From positions 7,236 to 71,235 of the forward strand of contig CAITPF010000475.1 in NCBI GenBank assembly GCA_903894155.1: DNA of 64,000 nucleotides, in the 5' to 3' direction. This document shows, in pieces, positions 51,285 through 61,716 of the stretch (its first letter is position 1; every line of letters starts with the position of its first letter). The DNA comes from an uncultured beta proteobacterium (GTDB lineage Bacteria; Pseudomonadota; Gammaproteobacteria; Burkholderiales; Burkholderiaceae_B). The translations under genes and the position numbers were made by a program. Under the pieces are notes generated by a model. The model searched no databases. It worked only from the letters and a program-made list of their open reading frames with translations, and had not been told where the DNA came from.

Positions 51285-51347
51285 GTTGATCCTGCCCTGC
51301 AGCACCTGGCAAATTGGCTCATCGTCGGATTCGGCGTCATGGCACCC

Positions 51348-53528
51348 TCACTCCGCTGCCGACTTGCCGCGCGGAACGACCAGCGCGTCGACCACCCTGG
51401 TCCCCCGGCCGGCCGGCAGGACGCATAGCGGATTGATGTCGAGTTCGTCGAGCAGATCGCGGGCGTCGTGGGCAAGCCAGCTCACGCGCACGATCGCGTC
51501 GGCCAGTGCTTCAATATCCGCGGCGGGACGGCCCCGCGCCCCGCGCAACAACGCCGCGCCGCGCAACCCGCCGATGACGCGCAGCGCTTCGTCGTGCGAA
51601 ACAGGCGGCAGGCGATGCGCGACATCGCGCATGATCTCGACGAAGATGCCGCCAAGACCCACCGTCAGCACCAGGCCAAAGGTCGGATCCCGGCTCACGC
51701 CCAGCAGCATCTCGACAGAGGAATCGACCATCTCCTGCACCACGACGCCCTCGATGTACGCATCGGGCAGGTAGGCCTTCGCACTGGCGACGATTTGCGC
51801 GTAGGCCTGCGCGACGCCCGCGGCGTCGCTCAACCCGAGCGCCACGCCGCCTGCCTCGGTCTTGTGGGGAATATCGGCTGACTGCACCTTCAGCGCGACT
51901 GACCCTGCGATCTCGCTCGCGATCTGCACGGCTTCGTGCGCGCTGGTCGCCAGGCGCTCTCGCGTGACAGGCAATCCGTACAGTGCAAGCAACCCCTTGG
52001 AGTCGACTTCTGTCATCGGTCCGTCGGCGGCCAGCAACCGTTGTCGCAAGGCTTTTGGATCAGTGCCCGCCGGGCGCTGCGGCGACGCTTGCGCAAGGCC
52101 GCGGATATGTGCCGCATAGTCCATCGCGCGCCTGAGCGACCGCATGCAGGTCAGCGCATCGGAGTACACCGCGTGCCCTTCGGCCACCAGCGCCGCATGC
52201 GTGAGCGCGGCATCGTTGCTCGCCTTGCCCGTCCAGAGCAGCGGCACCAGTTTGTCGCTTTCCGAGGCCAGCCGGGCCGTGCCGCGGATTTCAGAGGCCG
52301 GCGCGAAGGTGATGACCGGCACCAGCGCATCAACGCACGGGTCACCCAGAATCACCTCGGCCGCCAAGATGTAAGTATCCTGCTGCCCGATTGCCGCAGC
52401 AGTCAGGTCTGTCGGGTTGGAGGCTGCGCCAAAACCGGGCAACAACGCGCCAAGCGCATCGCGTGTGGCCTGGGAATACTCCGGGAACTCGATCCCCTCG
52501 GCTGCGCCGAGATCCGCCACCATGACGAGGTTGCCACCCGAAATCGCCGTCGCGGCGGCACGGTGGCCGCCGGCCAGTTTGCCCCCGCGCAGGATCATCG
52601 CGGTCTCATAAAGCTCGCGGCAATCGTCAACACGGATGATGCCCATCTGGCGCAAGGCCGCGTCGCAAACCTCGTCGGCGCCGGTGATCGCACCCGTGTG
52701 CGAGGCGGCCGCGCGGCTACCGGCTTGCGTGCGGCCGACCTTCACCATCACGATCGGCTTGCCCAGGGCATCGGCGCGGCGCGCCAGCGCGCGCAAGCGC
52801 TCGCCGTCGGCGATGCGCTCGGCCAGCATGAGCACGACCCGGGTCGAGGGCTGCTCCAGCATGAAGGCCGCGTAGTCCGTCAGATCCAGATCGCACGCGT
52901 TGCCGCAGCTCACCTGATAATTCACGCCCAGGCCCGCCTGCTGCGCGCGCCACATGACGTTGACCTGGCCCGCGCCGCCCGACTGGCTCACCACGCCCAG
53001 GTCGCCGGGAGCCGCGCGCGGCCCGGAGATCGTCGCCGTTGATGTCAGGGCGAACGCGTCGACGAAGTTCACCATTCCGTTGCAATTCGGACCCATCATT
53101 CTGATGTTGCCGGCACGCGCGATGTCCATGACGCGCTGCTGCAGCGCGCGTCCTTCGGCCTCGCCGGTCTCGGCGAATCCCGAGGTGAAGATCGTCACGA
53201 AGGGCACGCCCCGCTCGGCGCACTGCTCCAGCGTCTGCGGCACGGCTGCGGCGGGCAGAATGATGCCGACATGATCGGGGACGACAGGCAGTTGCAGAAC
53301 GGAGGCGAAACAGTCACGCCCGAAAATCAAATCCCGCTTGGGGTTGACGGGGAACACACCGCCCTGGAAGCCGAAATCCAGCGTCTGGCGCATGCAGCGC
53401 CCGCCAAACTTCGACAGGTCTTCGGTTGCGCCGACCAGCGCGACGTTGCGCGGCGCGAAAAAACGGGTCAGGTCGGGAAAAGGCGATAAATCCGGGCCGT
53501 GCTGCCGGCCGCCGGGAGTCTCCTGCAT
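51348..53528 (-). CDS. ADP-forming acetate/acyl-CoA ligase family (fused alpha/beta)
   Basis: VALVGA, GPNCNG, VSQSG, ASHTGA (phospho-His), NPTD, HKTEAGGV, ELDINP. Confidence 0.9.
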   Translation of the reverse strand: MQETPGGRQHGPDLSPFPDLTRFFAPRNVALVGATEDLSKFGGRCMRQTLDFGFQGGVFPVNPKRDLIFGRDCFASVLQLPVVPDHVGIILPAAAVPQTLEQCAERGVPFVTIFTSGFAETGEAEGRALQQRVMDIARAGNIRMMGPNCNGMVNFVDAFALTSTATISGPRAAPGDLGVVSQSGGAGQVNVMWRAQQAGLGVNYQVSCGNACDLDLTDYAAFMLEQPSTRVVLMLAERIADGERLRALARRADALGKPIVMVKVGRTQAGSRAAASHTGAITGADEVCDAALRQMGIIRVDDCRELYETAMILRGGKLAGGHRAAATAISGGNLVMVADLGAAEGIEFPEYSQATRDALGALLPGFGAASNPTDLTAAAIGQQDTYILAAEVILGDPCVDALVPVITFAPASEIRGTARLASESDKLVPLLWTGKASNDAALTHAALVAEGHAVYSDALTCMRSLRRAMDYAAHIRGLAQASPQRPAGTDPKALRQRLLAADGPMTEVDSKGLLALYGLPVTRERLATSAHEAVQIASEIAGSVALKVQSADIPHKTEAGGVALGLSDAAGVAQAYAQIVASAKAYLPDAYIEGVVVQEMVDSSVEMLLGVSRDPTFGLVLTVGLGGIFVEIMRDVAHRLPPVSHDEALRVIGGLRGAALLRGARGRPAADIEALADAIVRVSWLAHDARDLLDELDINPLCVLPAGRGTRVVDALVVPRGKSAAE

Positions 53529-53607
53529 GGTCTGCCTTGTCAATTGAAGTAACGGCTGTTTTTGTTTGGAGCCATTCTATGCACGCGAACTCGGGGGCGT
53601 CAACGGA

Positions 53608-54405
53608 TCACGGACGCGGTCGATGGACGAAGTCCAGAATCTCCTGCGGTGGCGTGACATACGCCCAGCGCCTGCCCACGCCCATCCCCGTCGTGCGCTT
53701 GAGCCTGACCATCATCTCCGCATTGGCGAACGCAGCACCGATGCAATCGAGCACCGTGGCGTCATCGATCTTGTGTATCCCGTTCCAGAACAGCAATTCG
53801 CTGATCACCCCTTCGGTCGGGATAATGACGTCCGCGCCGCCTGCGACCAGCCGTCGCGCGACCGCGGTAAAGTCGTCGATGACGGCCTGAGGCACGACCA
53901 TCGCCTCTTCGAGCTCCGCCTCTGTCAGCGGCCGCGTCAGCGACTCGATCTGTGTGATTCGGGCGCCCAGCGCGTGGCGCTGGACCAGGGCGCTGACGCG
54001 CTTGACCTGACTGGGCGAAATCGGAATAAGCGCAAATTTTTCCGACAGCGAACACGCCAGCAGCAACGACGCCTCGGGCATCGACACGACCGGGATATCC
54101 AGCAGCGAGCGGATCTCCGCCAGGTATGGTTCGCTATAACTGCCCAGGATGACAGCGTCGTAGCCCTCGGCGGCCGCCGTGCGGCAATAGTCGATCGCTT
54201 CCTGCTGGATCGTGTGCTTGATGTAGGGATACTTCAACAGCTCAGCGGGCGTGTAGCGCCCCCCGTACCAGTGCGTCGACGCGCCGTTGACGCGCACCTG
54301 GGTCGTCAGCTCGCACACTCGCAGCGCGTGGCGCTCGATCGAGTCGCGATACCGCGGACAGTGGTCAATGGGCACCATCGATTGGTACCAGATTTTCATG
54401 CTCAT
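53608..54405 (-). CDS. Asp/Glu/hydantoin racemase family protein
   Basis: MKIWYQS, AAAEGYDAVILG..EPYLAEIRSLLDIPVV, GADVIIP. Confidence 0.8.
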   Translation of the reverse strand: MSMKIWYQSMVPIDHCPRYRDSIERHALRVCELTTQVRVNGASTHWYGGRYTPAELLKYPYIKHTIQQEAIDYCRTAAAEGYDAVILGSYSEPYLAEIRSLLDIPVVSMPEASLLLACSLSEKFALIPISPSQVKRVSALVQRHALGARITQIESLTRPLTEAELEEAMVVPQAVIDDFTAVARRLVAGGADVIIPTEGVISELLFWNGIHKIDDATVLDCIGAAFANAEMMVRLKRTTGMGVGRRWAYVTPPQEILDFVHRPRP

Positions 54406-54433
54406 CACGCGGTCTCCTCGAACGTGCGGTGTT

Positions 54434-55429
54434 TCATTCTGGCTTGGCGCCCGTGACGCGCACGATTTCTGCATACTGCGGGATCTCGCGCGCGATCGTC
54501 TGCGCGAACTGGGCCGGTGTTCCGGCGATTTCCTGCAGCCCGCCTTTATCAAACAGTTGTTCGTGGACATCCGGCGCCTGCAGGGCGGCGACGATCTCGC
54601 GATGCAGGCGGTCGATGATCGCGGGCGGGGTGCCTGCGGGCGCCAGCACGCCATACCACGACACGATCTCGAATCCCGGCAGGCCGGATTCGGCGACCGT
54701 CGGCAAATTGGGCGCGGCGCGCGCGCGCGTGGGCGTCACCACGGCCAGCGCCTTGACTTTGCCCGATTCGATGTAGGGCTGCGCCGTCAGCAGGCCGCCC
54801 ACCATCAACGTCACGTGGCCCGCCAGCAGATCGGACAGCGCCGGCGCAAGACCGCGGTACGGGATGTGGACCAGGTCGATCCCCGCCCGGCTCGCCAGCA
54901 GCGCGCCGGCGAGATGCCCGCCGGAACCCGGGCCAGACGACGCGTAGCTCACTTTGCCCGGATTGGCCTTCGCGTATGCAATGAGTTCCTGCACCGTGTT
55001 TGCAGGAAGCGACGGATGCGCCACCAGCACGAGCGGTATTTCAGCCACCTGCGAGATCGGGGCAAAATCCGCCTGCGGGTTGAAAGCCAGTTTGCCGTAG
55101 AGCGCCTTGTTGACCACGAGCGGGCCGTTGGTTCCCAGCAGCAGGGTGAGGCCGTCGGGCGCCGCCTTGGCAACCTCGTCAGTGCCGATGTTGCCTCCGC
55201 CGCCCGACTTGTTTTCGATCACGATCGGCTTGCCCAGCGACACCGTCAGTTTGCCGGCGATTGCGCGCGCGACCTGGTCGGCCGGGCCACCGCTCGGATA
55301 CGGCACGATGAACCGGATCGGGCCGCCGGGGTAAGTCTGCGCAGCAGCGCCAGCGCTGAGCAAACAGGCAAGCGCTGCGATCGCCGTCGCGCGCCCCGCC
55401 ACCTGCCTGAACGAATGTGTCATCCCCAT
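54434..55429 (-). CDS. Bug/TctC substrate-binding protein
   Basis: YPGGPIRFIVPYPSGGPAD, PDGLTLL, HIPYRG. Confidence 0.93.
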   Translation of the reverse strand: MGMTHSFRQVAGRATAIAALACLLSAGAAAQTYPGGPIRFIVPYPSGGPADQVARAIAGKLTVSLGKPIVIENKSGGGGNIGTDEVAKAAPDGLTLLLGTNGPLVVNKALYGKLAFNPQADFAPISQVAEIPLVLVAHPSLPANTVQELIAYAKANPGKVSYASSGPGSGGHLAGALLASRAGIDLVHIPYRGLAPALSDLLAGHVTLMVGGLLTAQPYIESGKVKALAVVTPTRARAAPNLPTVAESGLPGFEIVSWYGVLAPAGTPPAIIDRLHREIVAALQAPDVHEQLFDKGGLQEIAGTPAQFAQTIAREIPQYAEIVRVTGAKPE

Positions 55430-55465
55430 CGCACCGCCCTCCTTTTGGTCAGGGGCCGAACGGTC

Positions 55466-55522
55466 TTGAGCCGCCTCGCCCTGGAATCTGCTTGCAGCGC
55501 CGCGCGTGAACCGACGCGGTCA
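55466..55522 (-). repeat. Degenerate element copy after a Bug stop codon
   Basis: Minus strand TGACCGCG...GCGCTGCAAGCAGATTCCAGGGCGAGGCGGCTCAA; the register is broken by indels. Confidence 0.45.
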
Positions 55523-56488
55523 GTCGACCGCCTTGATGCCAGCCTCGCGAATGATCCGCCCGAATGCGTCGTAATCAGCCTTGTAACGCGCGGCCATCTC
55601 GGCGGGCGATCCGCCCAGGACGCTGTAGCCGAGCGACTCAAGCTTGCTCACGTTTTCCGGGTTCGTCAGTACCTTGGCCAGGGCAGCGTTCAGTTGCGCC
55701 ACGACATCCGGCGGGGTCTTGGCCGCTGCCAGCAAGCCCCACCAGATCGTCTGGTCGATCTGGGGAAAACCGCTCTCGACGAACGTTGGCACGTCGGGCA
55801 CGATCGGCGCGCGCTGGGGCGCCACAAGGCCGATCGCACGAACTTTGCCGCCCTGGATCTGCCCGATCAGCGTGGCAAGCGATCCTGTGTAGACCTCGAT
55901 GCGCTTGCTGGCAAGATCCGGGAACGCCTGGGCCCATCCACGGTACGGGATGATGTTGAGCTCCATCTGCCCATACTTTTGCCACAGGCGGCCGAGCAAG
56001 TCGCCCGAACTTCCCGCACCAGGCACGCCGAGCGCAATCTTGCCGGGCGCGAGTTTCGCCGCAGCCACGACATCGCCAACCGTCTTGAAGGGTGAATCCG
56101 GCAGAACCACGAACACGCTTGGCGAGGAGGCCACCAGACCAATCGGAGTGAAATCCCGGAACGTGTCATAGCTGAGCTTATCGTAGAGCCAGGGGTTCAA
56201 CACCACGTTGTCCGTCTGCGCCATCACCAGCGTATGGCCGTCCGGCCGCGAACGGGCGGTCGTGTCCAGGGCAAGATTGCCGCCCGCGCCGGGCTTGTTC
56301 TCGACCACCGTCGTCCAGCCTGCAACGCTGGCCAGGCCGTTGGCCGCCAGCCTCGTGATCGTATCGGTGCCCCCGCCTGGCGGAAAGGGCGAGATCAGCG
56401 TGATCGGCCGGTCGGCAAGCCCCTGCGCCGCGGCCACGCAGGCGGAAAACGTCAGCAGCGCGGCTATCGCCAGCCTGATGGATCGCAT
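55520..56488 (-). CDS. Bug/TctC substrate-binding protein
   Basis: RPITLISPFPPGGGTD, ENKPGAGG, PDGHTL, IPYRG. Confidence 0.92.
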   Translation of the reverse strand: MRSIRLAIAALLTFSACVAAAQGLADRPITLISPFPPGGGTDTITRLAANGLASVAGWTTVVENKPGAGGNLALDTTARSRPDGHTLVMAQTDNVVLNPWLYDKLSYDTFRDFTPIGLVASSPSVFVVLPDSPFKTVGDVVAAAKLAPGKIALGVPGAGSSGDLLGRLWQKYGQMELNIIPYRGWAQAFPDLASKRIEVYTGSLATLIGQIQGGKVRAIGLVAPQRAPIVPDVPTFVESGFPQIDQTIWWGLLAAAKTPPDVVAQLNAALAKVLTNPENVSKLESLGYSVLGGSPAEMAARYKADYDAFGRIIREAGIKAVD

Positions 56489-56661
56489 GAGTGCTCCTTG
56501 TCTCCGATTGTTATTCGTTCCTGCAAACCTTTTTACACCAGAAGTCCCCTGCCGTCAGCGCACGTTGCTCGCGCCCCCTCCGCTTCGGGGATTACGGCTG
56601 CCTCAGGCGCCGCACTCGGTTATCCTGCGCGCATAGGCCAGGCGATTATCGGAGGGACAGG

Positions 56662-57651
56662 ATGAAAGCGCGTTCGATCAAGCAAGGTATCTGCAGCGTT
56701 GTATTCGGGCCGCTGATGGCCCTCGTTTACAGTTTCGCATTCGCGCAGACCGCTTATCCGACACGCCCCATCACCATGATCGTGCCGTTTCCGCCCGCCG
56801 GCGTCGCCGATATCGTGGCGCGCCCCATCGCGCAGGCCATGGGGCGGGATCTTGGCCAGACCGTCGTCATCGAGAACAAGGCGGGCGCCGGAGGCGGCAT
56901 CGGTATGGCGCAGGCAGCGCGCGCCGAGCCCAACGGCTACACGGTCCTGATGGCGCTATCGTCGATTGTCGTCGTTCCCGAGGCCGACAAGGTGCTGAAT
57001 CGGCCCGAGATGTACCAGCTCAGCCAGCTAAAGGCCATCGCACGCTTTACCGCCGACCCGACGATCCTCGTCGTGAAAGCAGACAGCCCCTGGAAGACCT
57101 ATGCGCAGTTCATGGCGTACGTGGGCGCCAATCCCGCCCGCGTCTCGTTCGGCTCATCGGGCAATTACGGATCCATGCACATCCCCATGGAGCAACTGAA
57201 AGTCGCGACCGGCGCCACCATGCTGCATGTGCCCTACACGGGCGCGGGGCCTGCGGTGACCGCGCTGCTGGCCGGGCAAGTCGACGCACTATCGACCGGG
57301 CCTTCCAGCGTCGTGCAGCAGATCCAGGCAGGCAAGCTACGCGCGCTCGCGCACTGGGGAACCGGAAGGCTTGCCGTATTGCCCGACGTTCCCAGCCTCA
57401 CCGAACTGGGCGTACCGATCACCTATGCGCAATGGGCCGGCCTGTTCGTCCCGGCGCAGGTGCCGCAACCGATCGTGGACCGCCTGCGCGCCGCGGCCCG
57501 TTTCGCGGCCACCGACCCGGCAACCGTCCGAGCGCTGACCGCAGCGGGAACCGAAATCCAGTATCTCGATGGCGCGGATTTCGATCAGTACGTCAAAACG
57601 GAATCCGCTGACATGCAGAAGCTCGTGCAAATCATCGGCAAGGTGGAATAG
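56662..57651 (+). CDS. Bug/TctC substrate-binding protein
   Basis: YPTRPITMIVPFPPAGVAD, PNGYT, HVPYTG. Confidence 0.92.
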   Translation: MKARSIKQGICSVVFGPLMALVYSFAFAQTAYPTRPITMIVPFPPAGVADIVARPIAQAMGRDLGQTVVIENKAGAGGGIGMAQAARAEPNGYTVLMALSSIVVVPEADKVLNRPEMYQLSQLKAIARFTADPTILVVKADSPWKTYAQFMAYVGANPARVSFGSSGNYGSMHIPMEQLKVATGATMLHVPYTGAGPAVTALLAGQVDALSTGPSSVVQQIQAGKLRALAHWGTGRLAVLPDVPSLTELGVPITYAQWAGLFVPAQVPQPIVDRLRAAARFAATDPATVRALTAAGTEIQYLDGADFDQYVKTESADMQKLVQIIGKVE

Positions 57652-57681
57652 CCCGGGCACCGGCTGACCGACGCCCGGCGC

Positions 57682-58575
57682 CTAGCTGGCTTCGCAGGGG
57701 TTCTCGATCTCGCCGATGCCCTCGATCGCGATGCGGACGCGGTCGCCGGGAACCAGGTAGCGCGGCGGCTTGAAACCGATTCCGACCCCGACCGGCGTAC
57801 CCGTGGCGATGATGTCGCCGGGCAACAAGGTCATGCCTGCGGAAATCGTGGCAATGAGCTTGGGGATCTTGAAGATCAGGTCGCGGGTCGACGCATTCTG
57901 GCGCAACTCGCCGTTCACCCAGCAACGCACCGTGGTGTCCTGGCCGTTGCAAGCGTCAGCCGTCACCACCCAGGGGCCCATCGGGCAAAAGCTGTCGAAG
58001 CTTTTGCCCATGTGCCACTGCTTGTGGCGATGCTGCCAATCGCGCGCGGTCACGTCATTGACGATCGCGTAGCCCCAGACATGCGCCATCGCCTGCGATT
58101 CCGGGATCCGGCGGCCGCCCTCCCCGATGATCACGGCAAGCTCCGCTTCGTAGTCGATCGCGGTCGACACGTCCGACGGAATTCCGATTGGCGCGCCCGG
58201 CGCGATGACGCACTCGGGAACCTTGGTGAAGATGATCGGATCGGTGGGAATGTCGTCCCCGGGTTTGGTCACGCTGGTGTCGAAGCCGCTGCCCGCGAAT
58301 TCGCGCGCGTGCTCGAAATAGTTCTTGCCAACGCAGAACACATTGCGGCGCGGCCGCGGAATCGGTGCGAGCAAGCGCACATCCGACAGCGCGTGGCGCG
58401 CGGCGTGGCCTGCGGGCAACTTGCCTGCGCGCTGCGCGTTCAGGATCGCAACGACGCCGGACTCCGAAACGTCCACGCCAAGATCCAGCTCAAGCACGGC
58501 ACTGCCGTCGGCGCTGATTTCGCCGACGCGCACGGTGCTGGGTTGTCCAGACAATGTAAATGCCGCGTATTTCAT
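57682..58575 (-). CDS. Fumarylacetoacetate hydrolase family protein
   Basis: CVGKNY..H, DYEAEL, NDVTARD, GKSFD, PGDIIATGTP. Confidence 0.92.
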   Translation of the reverse strand: MKYAAFTLSGQPSTVRVGEISADGSAVLELDLGVDVSESGVVAILNAQRAGKLPAGHAARHALSDVRLLAPIPRPRRNVFCVGKNYFEHAREFAGSGFDTSVTKPGDDIPTDPIIFTKVPECVIAPGAPIGIPSDVSTAIDYEAELAVIIGEGGRRIPESQAMAHVWGYAIVNDVTARDWQHRHKQWHMGKSFDSFCPMGPWVVTADACNGQDTTVRCWVNGELRQNASTRDLIFKIPKLIATISAGMTLLPGDIIATGTPVGVGIGFKPPRYLVPGDRVRIAIEGIGEIENPCEAS

Positions 58576-58602
58576 GATCAGGCTTCCAGGTAAATCGATC
58601 TG

Positions 58603-59301
58603 CTATTTAAATTCAAAGCCGCCAGCACGACGCACATCACGCGATTGCGGGCCCGTCAGCCACTGTGCAAAATGTTCGGCCAGCGCCGGTTGCGACGATC
58701 CCGTGCAAACGCCCACGGTGTAGTCGGTCGCGAGCTCGAACTCGGGCGGCAGGTTCCCGACGAGTTCGACACCCGGCGTGTAATTGATCTCGGTGACCTG
58801 CGTGCACCCCAGCAGGCCGGGTTCATCGCACTCGGCCATTGCCTTCATCGCGGTCGCGCCATTGGGAAACTCGCGCAAGCGCGCCGCGAGCGCAGACTCC
58901 AGCCCGAGTTTGCCCAGGACGCGCCGAAAGTGAATTCCCGCCGTCGATTTGACCGTGTCCGGGCAGTAGATCGCCCTCGCCTCGCCAAAGGCCTTCGCAA
59001 GCGCAAGGGCGGTATCGACGCGCGGATGGGCATCGCCACGGCGCACGGCAATTCCCGTATGCACCAGCCCAAGCGACCGCGCGCTACCCGCAACCACATG
59101 GCCCGATCCGACCAGTTGCGCGATCAGCGTTGCCGTCAAAATCACAAGATCGCATTCGGTGCCCGCCAGCAACTGGTCGCGCATTTCGCCGACCGCGCTG
59201 AAGGTGCCATCGATCCCGCAGCCGGTCTCCCGCTCGAATGCCTCCTGCACGCCGCGAACTGCCTGCGCTGCTGCGCCACCGCTGAGTATCTTCAACCGCA
59301 T
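58603..59301 (-). CDS. ModA-like substrate-binding-fold protein with no evident signal peptide
   Basis: LKILSGGA, DLVILT, STAGIHF, TQVTEI..PGV.LVG.LP. Confidence 0.75.
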   Translation of the reverse strand: MRLKILSGGAAAQAVRGVQEAFERETGCGIDGTFSAVGEMRDQLLAGTECDLVILTATLIAQLVGSGHVVAGSARSLGLVHTGIAVRRGDAHPRVDTALALAKAFGEARAIYCPDTVKSTAGIHFRRVLGKLGLESALAARLREFPNGATAMKAMAECDEPGLLGCTQVTEINYTPGVELVGNLPPEFELATDYTVGVCTGSSQPALAEHFAQWLTGPQSRDVRRAGGFEFK

Positions 59302-59363
59302 TTCATTCTCCGTCGTGCTTTGATTCCCCCCCACCTGAAAGAAGAGGGATGCCGCCAACCTGA

Positions 59364-60344
59364 TCAGTCGGGCTTCGCACCCGACAACTGGACGAGCCGC
59401 GCCCACTTGGCGACGTCCTGCACCAGGTAGTCCTTGAACTGGGCCGTTGTCATCGATAGCGGGAGGGCGCCTTTCTCGGACCACTCCTTGCGCACGCCGG
59501 GCCTGGCCACAATCTCGCGCACGGCGGCATTGAGCTTTTCCACGATCTCCTGTGGCGTGCCAGCCGGCGCCATGAGCCCGAGCCAGATGGTCGCCTCAAA
59601 TCCCGCAAGCCCCGATTCGGCGATAGTCGGAAGCTCCGGGAGAATTTCCGAGCGCGCCTGACCTGTCGTGCCAATGCCGCGCACCTTGCCCGAGCGCACC
59701 TGGTCCGCCATCGTGGTGACTGCGTCGAACATCATATCGACCTGGCCGCCGAGGACGTCAGTGCGAGCCCCCGAACTTCCCTTGTAGGGAATGTGCGTGA
59801 TATCGATGCCGGCCATGTACTTGAAGAGCTCGCCCGCCATGTGATACGGAGTTCCGGTGCCGGAGGACGCATAGTTCATCTGGCCGGGGCGCGCCTTGGC
59901 CAGTGCGATGAGTTCCTGGACGTTGGCCGCGGGAATTCGGGGATGCACCACGAGCACGAGATCGGAATAGTTCACCGGCGCCACGCCGACGAAATCGCGC
60001 AGCAGCGCATACGGCTTGCTCGGCACCAGCGATTCGTTGACCGTCTGGGCGTTCGACATCATCAGCAAGGTGTAGCCGTCGGGCGCCGCCTTGGCGACGA
60101 AATCGGTGCCAATGATCGAACCGGCGCCCGGCTTGTCCTCGACGATGAAGGGCTGCCCGAGAACGCCCTGCAATTGCTGCGCCATGTAGCGCGCATAGTT
60201 GTCGGCTGGCCCGCCCGCGGCGAACGGCACGATGATGCGCACGGGCTTCGAAGGATAGGATTGCGCGGCACAGCCGCCGGCGAACAGGGAAAACGCCAGC
60301 GCGACCAGCAGCGCGGCGCATTCAGGCAGTAAGCGTCTCATCAT
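59364..60344 (-). CDS. Bug/TctC substrate-binding protein
   Basis: YPSKPVRIIVPFAAGGPAD, PDGYTLL, HIPYKG. Confidence 0.93.
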   Translation of the reverse strand: MMRRLLPECAALLVALAFSLFAGGCAAQSYPSKPVRIIVPFAAGGPADNYARYMAQQLQGVLGQPFIVEDKPGAGSIIGTDFVAKAAPDGYTLLMMSNAQTVNESLVPSKPYALLRDFVGVAPVNYSDLVLVVHPRIPAANVQELIALAKARPGQMNYASSGTGTPYHMAGELFKYMAGIDITHIPYKGSSGARTDVLGGQVDMMFDAVTTMADQVRSGKVRGIGTTGQARSEILPELPTIAESGLAGFEATIWLGLMAPAGTPQEIVEKLNAAVREIVARPGVRKEWSEKGALPLSMTTAQFKDYLVQDVAKWARLVQLSGAKPD

Positions 60345-60514
60345 GTGCCTCCGGACAGGGTCTGCGGCCTTCGTCGGAAAGCCACTGGCGGCAATCTTAA
60401 CCGAAGCATCTTTCGCCATCCCGGCGGCTTTGACAATCGAATCCCGCACGTTTATTCTTTGGAACATAATTCATATAGTCGAACGACTGTCATGTCGTCG
60501 ACACGGAGACAACG

Positions 60515-61669
60515 TTGTCAACGCAATTCACCGACGATCAACTTGCGGTCCGTGACCTGATCCGCCGCGTGGCGCGCGAGAAGGTCGCCGCGAGGGCCGA
60601 CGAAATCGACCGGACGGCCGTTTACCCGCAAGATATGTTCGACATGCTGCGCGAACTCGGTCTCTTCACGTTGCCGTTTCCAGCAGAATATGGTGGCATG
60701 AACAGCATGGTGGCGGCCTGCCTCGCCATCGAGGAGTTCGGGCGTGTCTGCTACAACACCGCCTATCTGCTGCTGCTTCAGTGGGTGCCCTTTGGCGCCA
60801 TTCTCGCGGGCGGCACGGCCGAACAGAAGCAGCGCTTGCTGCCGGGCCTGGCCTCGGGGGCATTGCGTGGCGCGATCGCGACCACCGAGCCGCAAAGCGG
60901 CTCGGACGTGGCTGGCATCAAGACACGCGCCGTGGCGGCGCCCGGCGGCTATCGTCTCTCGGGCAGCAAGATCTGGTGCACCAATGCGTCGGTCGCGGAT
61001 TTCGTGCTGGTCGCCGCAAAGACGGCCGACGATGCTTCGTCGGCCAGCATCAACCTGTTCATCGTTGCAACCGACAGCAAGGGCTTCGAGATTGGCCGTA
61101 AGGAAGACAAGATGGGCGCGCGCGGCGTCCCCTCGTGTCCGCTGTTCCTCGACGACGTGTTCGTCGCCGAAGACTGCCGGCTCGGCGATGCCGGCAACGG
61201 CTTCAAGGTCGTGATGGAGGCCTTCAACAAGAGCCGCCCGCTGATTGGCGCACGCGGCGTCGGGCTATCGCAGGGCGCCCTCGACCACGCCAGCGCCTAC
61301 GTCCAGAACCGGGTCGCGTTCGGTCAGCGCATCAGCGATTTCCAGGGCATCCGCTGGATGCTCGCCGACATGGCGATCCAGACAGAGGCGGCGCGCAACA
61401 TCGTCTACAAAGCGGCGGCGATGGTCGACGCGGGCGTGGCCGGCAGCGAGCTTGCGCCGATCGCCGCGATGGCCAAGTGCTTCGCGACCGATACCGCGAT
61501 GAAGGTCGCGACCGACGCCGTCCAGCTCTTTGGCGCCTCGGGCATATCGAACGAATACCCGATCAATCGCTATTTCCGCGATGCGAAAGTGCTGCAGATC
61601 ATCGAAGGAACCAACCAGATCCAGCGCAACATCATCGCCAACCACCTGCTCGGTCGCGCGGGGCGCTAA
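60515..61669 (+). CDS. Acyl-CoA dehydrogenase
   Basis: TEPQSGSD, GSKIWCTN, KEDKMG.RG, QLFGASG, IIEGTNQIQR; TTG start after GGAG. Confidence 0.93.
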   Translation: MSTQFTDDQLAVRDLIRRVAREKVAARADEIDRTAVYPQDMFDMLRELGLFTLPFPAEYGGMNSMVAACLAIEEFGRVCYNTAYLLLLQWVPFGAILAGGTAEQKQRLLPGLASGALRGAIATTEPQSGSDVAGIKTRAVAAPGGYRLSGSKIWCTNASVADFVLVAAKTADDASSASINLFIVATDSKGFEIGRKEDKMGARGVPSCPLFLDDVFVAEDCRLGDAGNGFKVVMEAFNKSRPLIGARGVGLSQGALDHASAYVQNRVAFGQRISDFQGIRWMLADMAIQTEAARNIVYKAAAMVDAGVAGSELAPIAAMAKCFATDTAMKVATDAVQLFGASGISNEYPINRYFRDAKVLQIIEGTNQIQRNIIANHLLGRAGR

Positions 61670-61716
61670 CGCCCCCGCGCCCTGCCGGATTCAATGTCAC
61701 TACCAGGAGATTCAGG

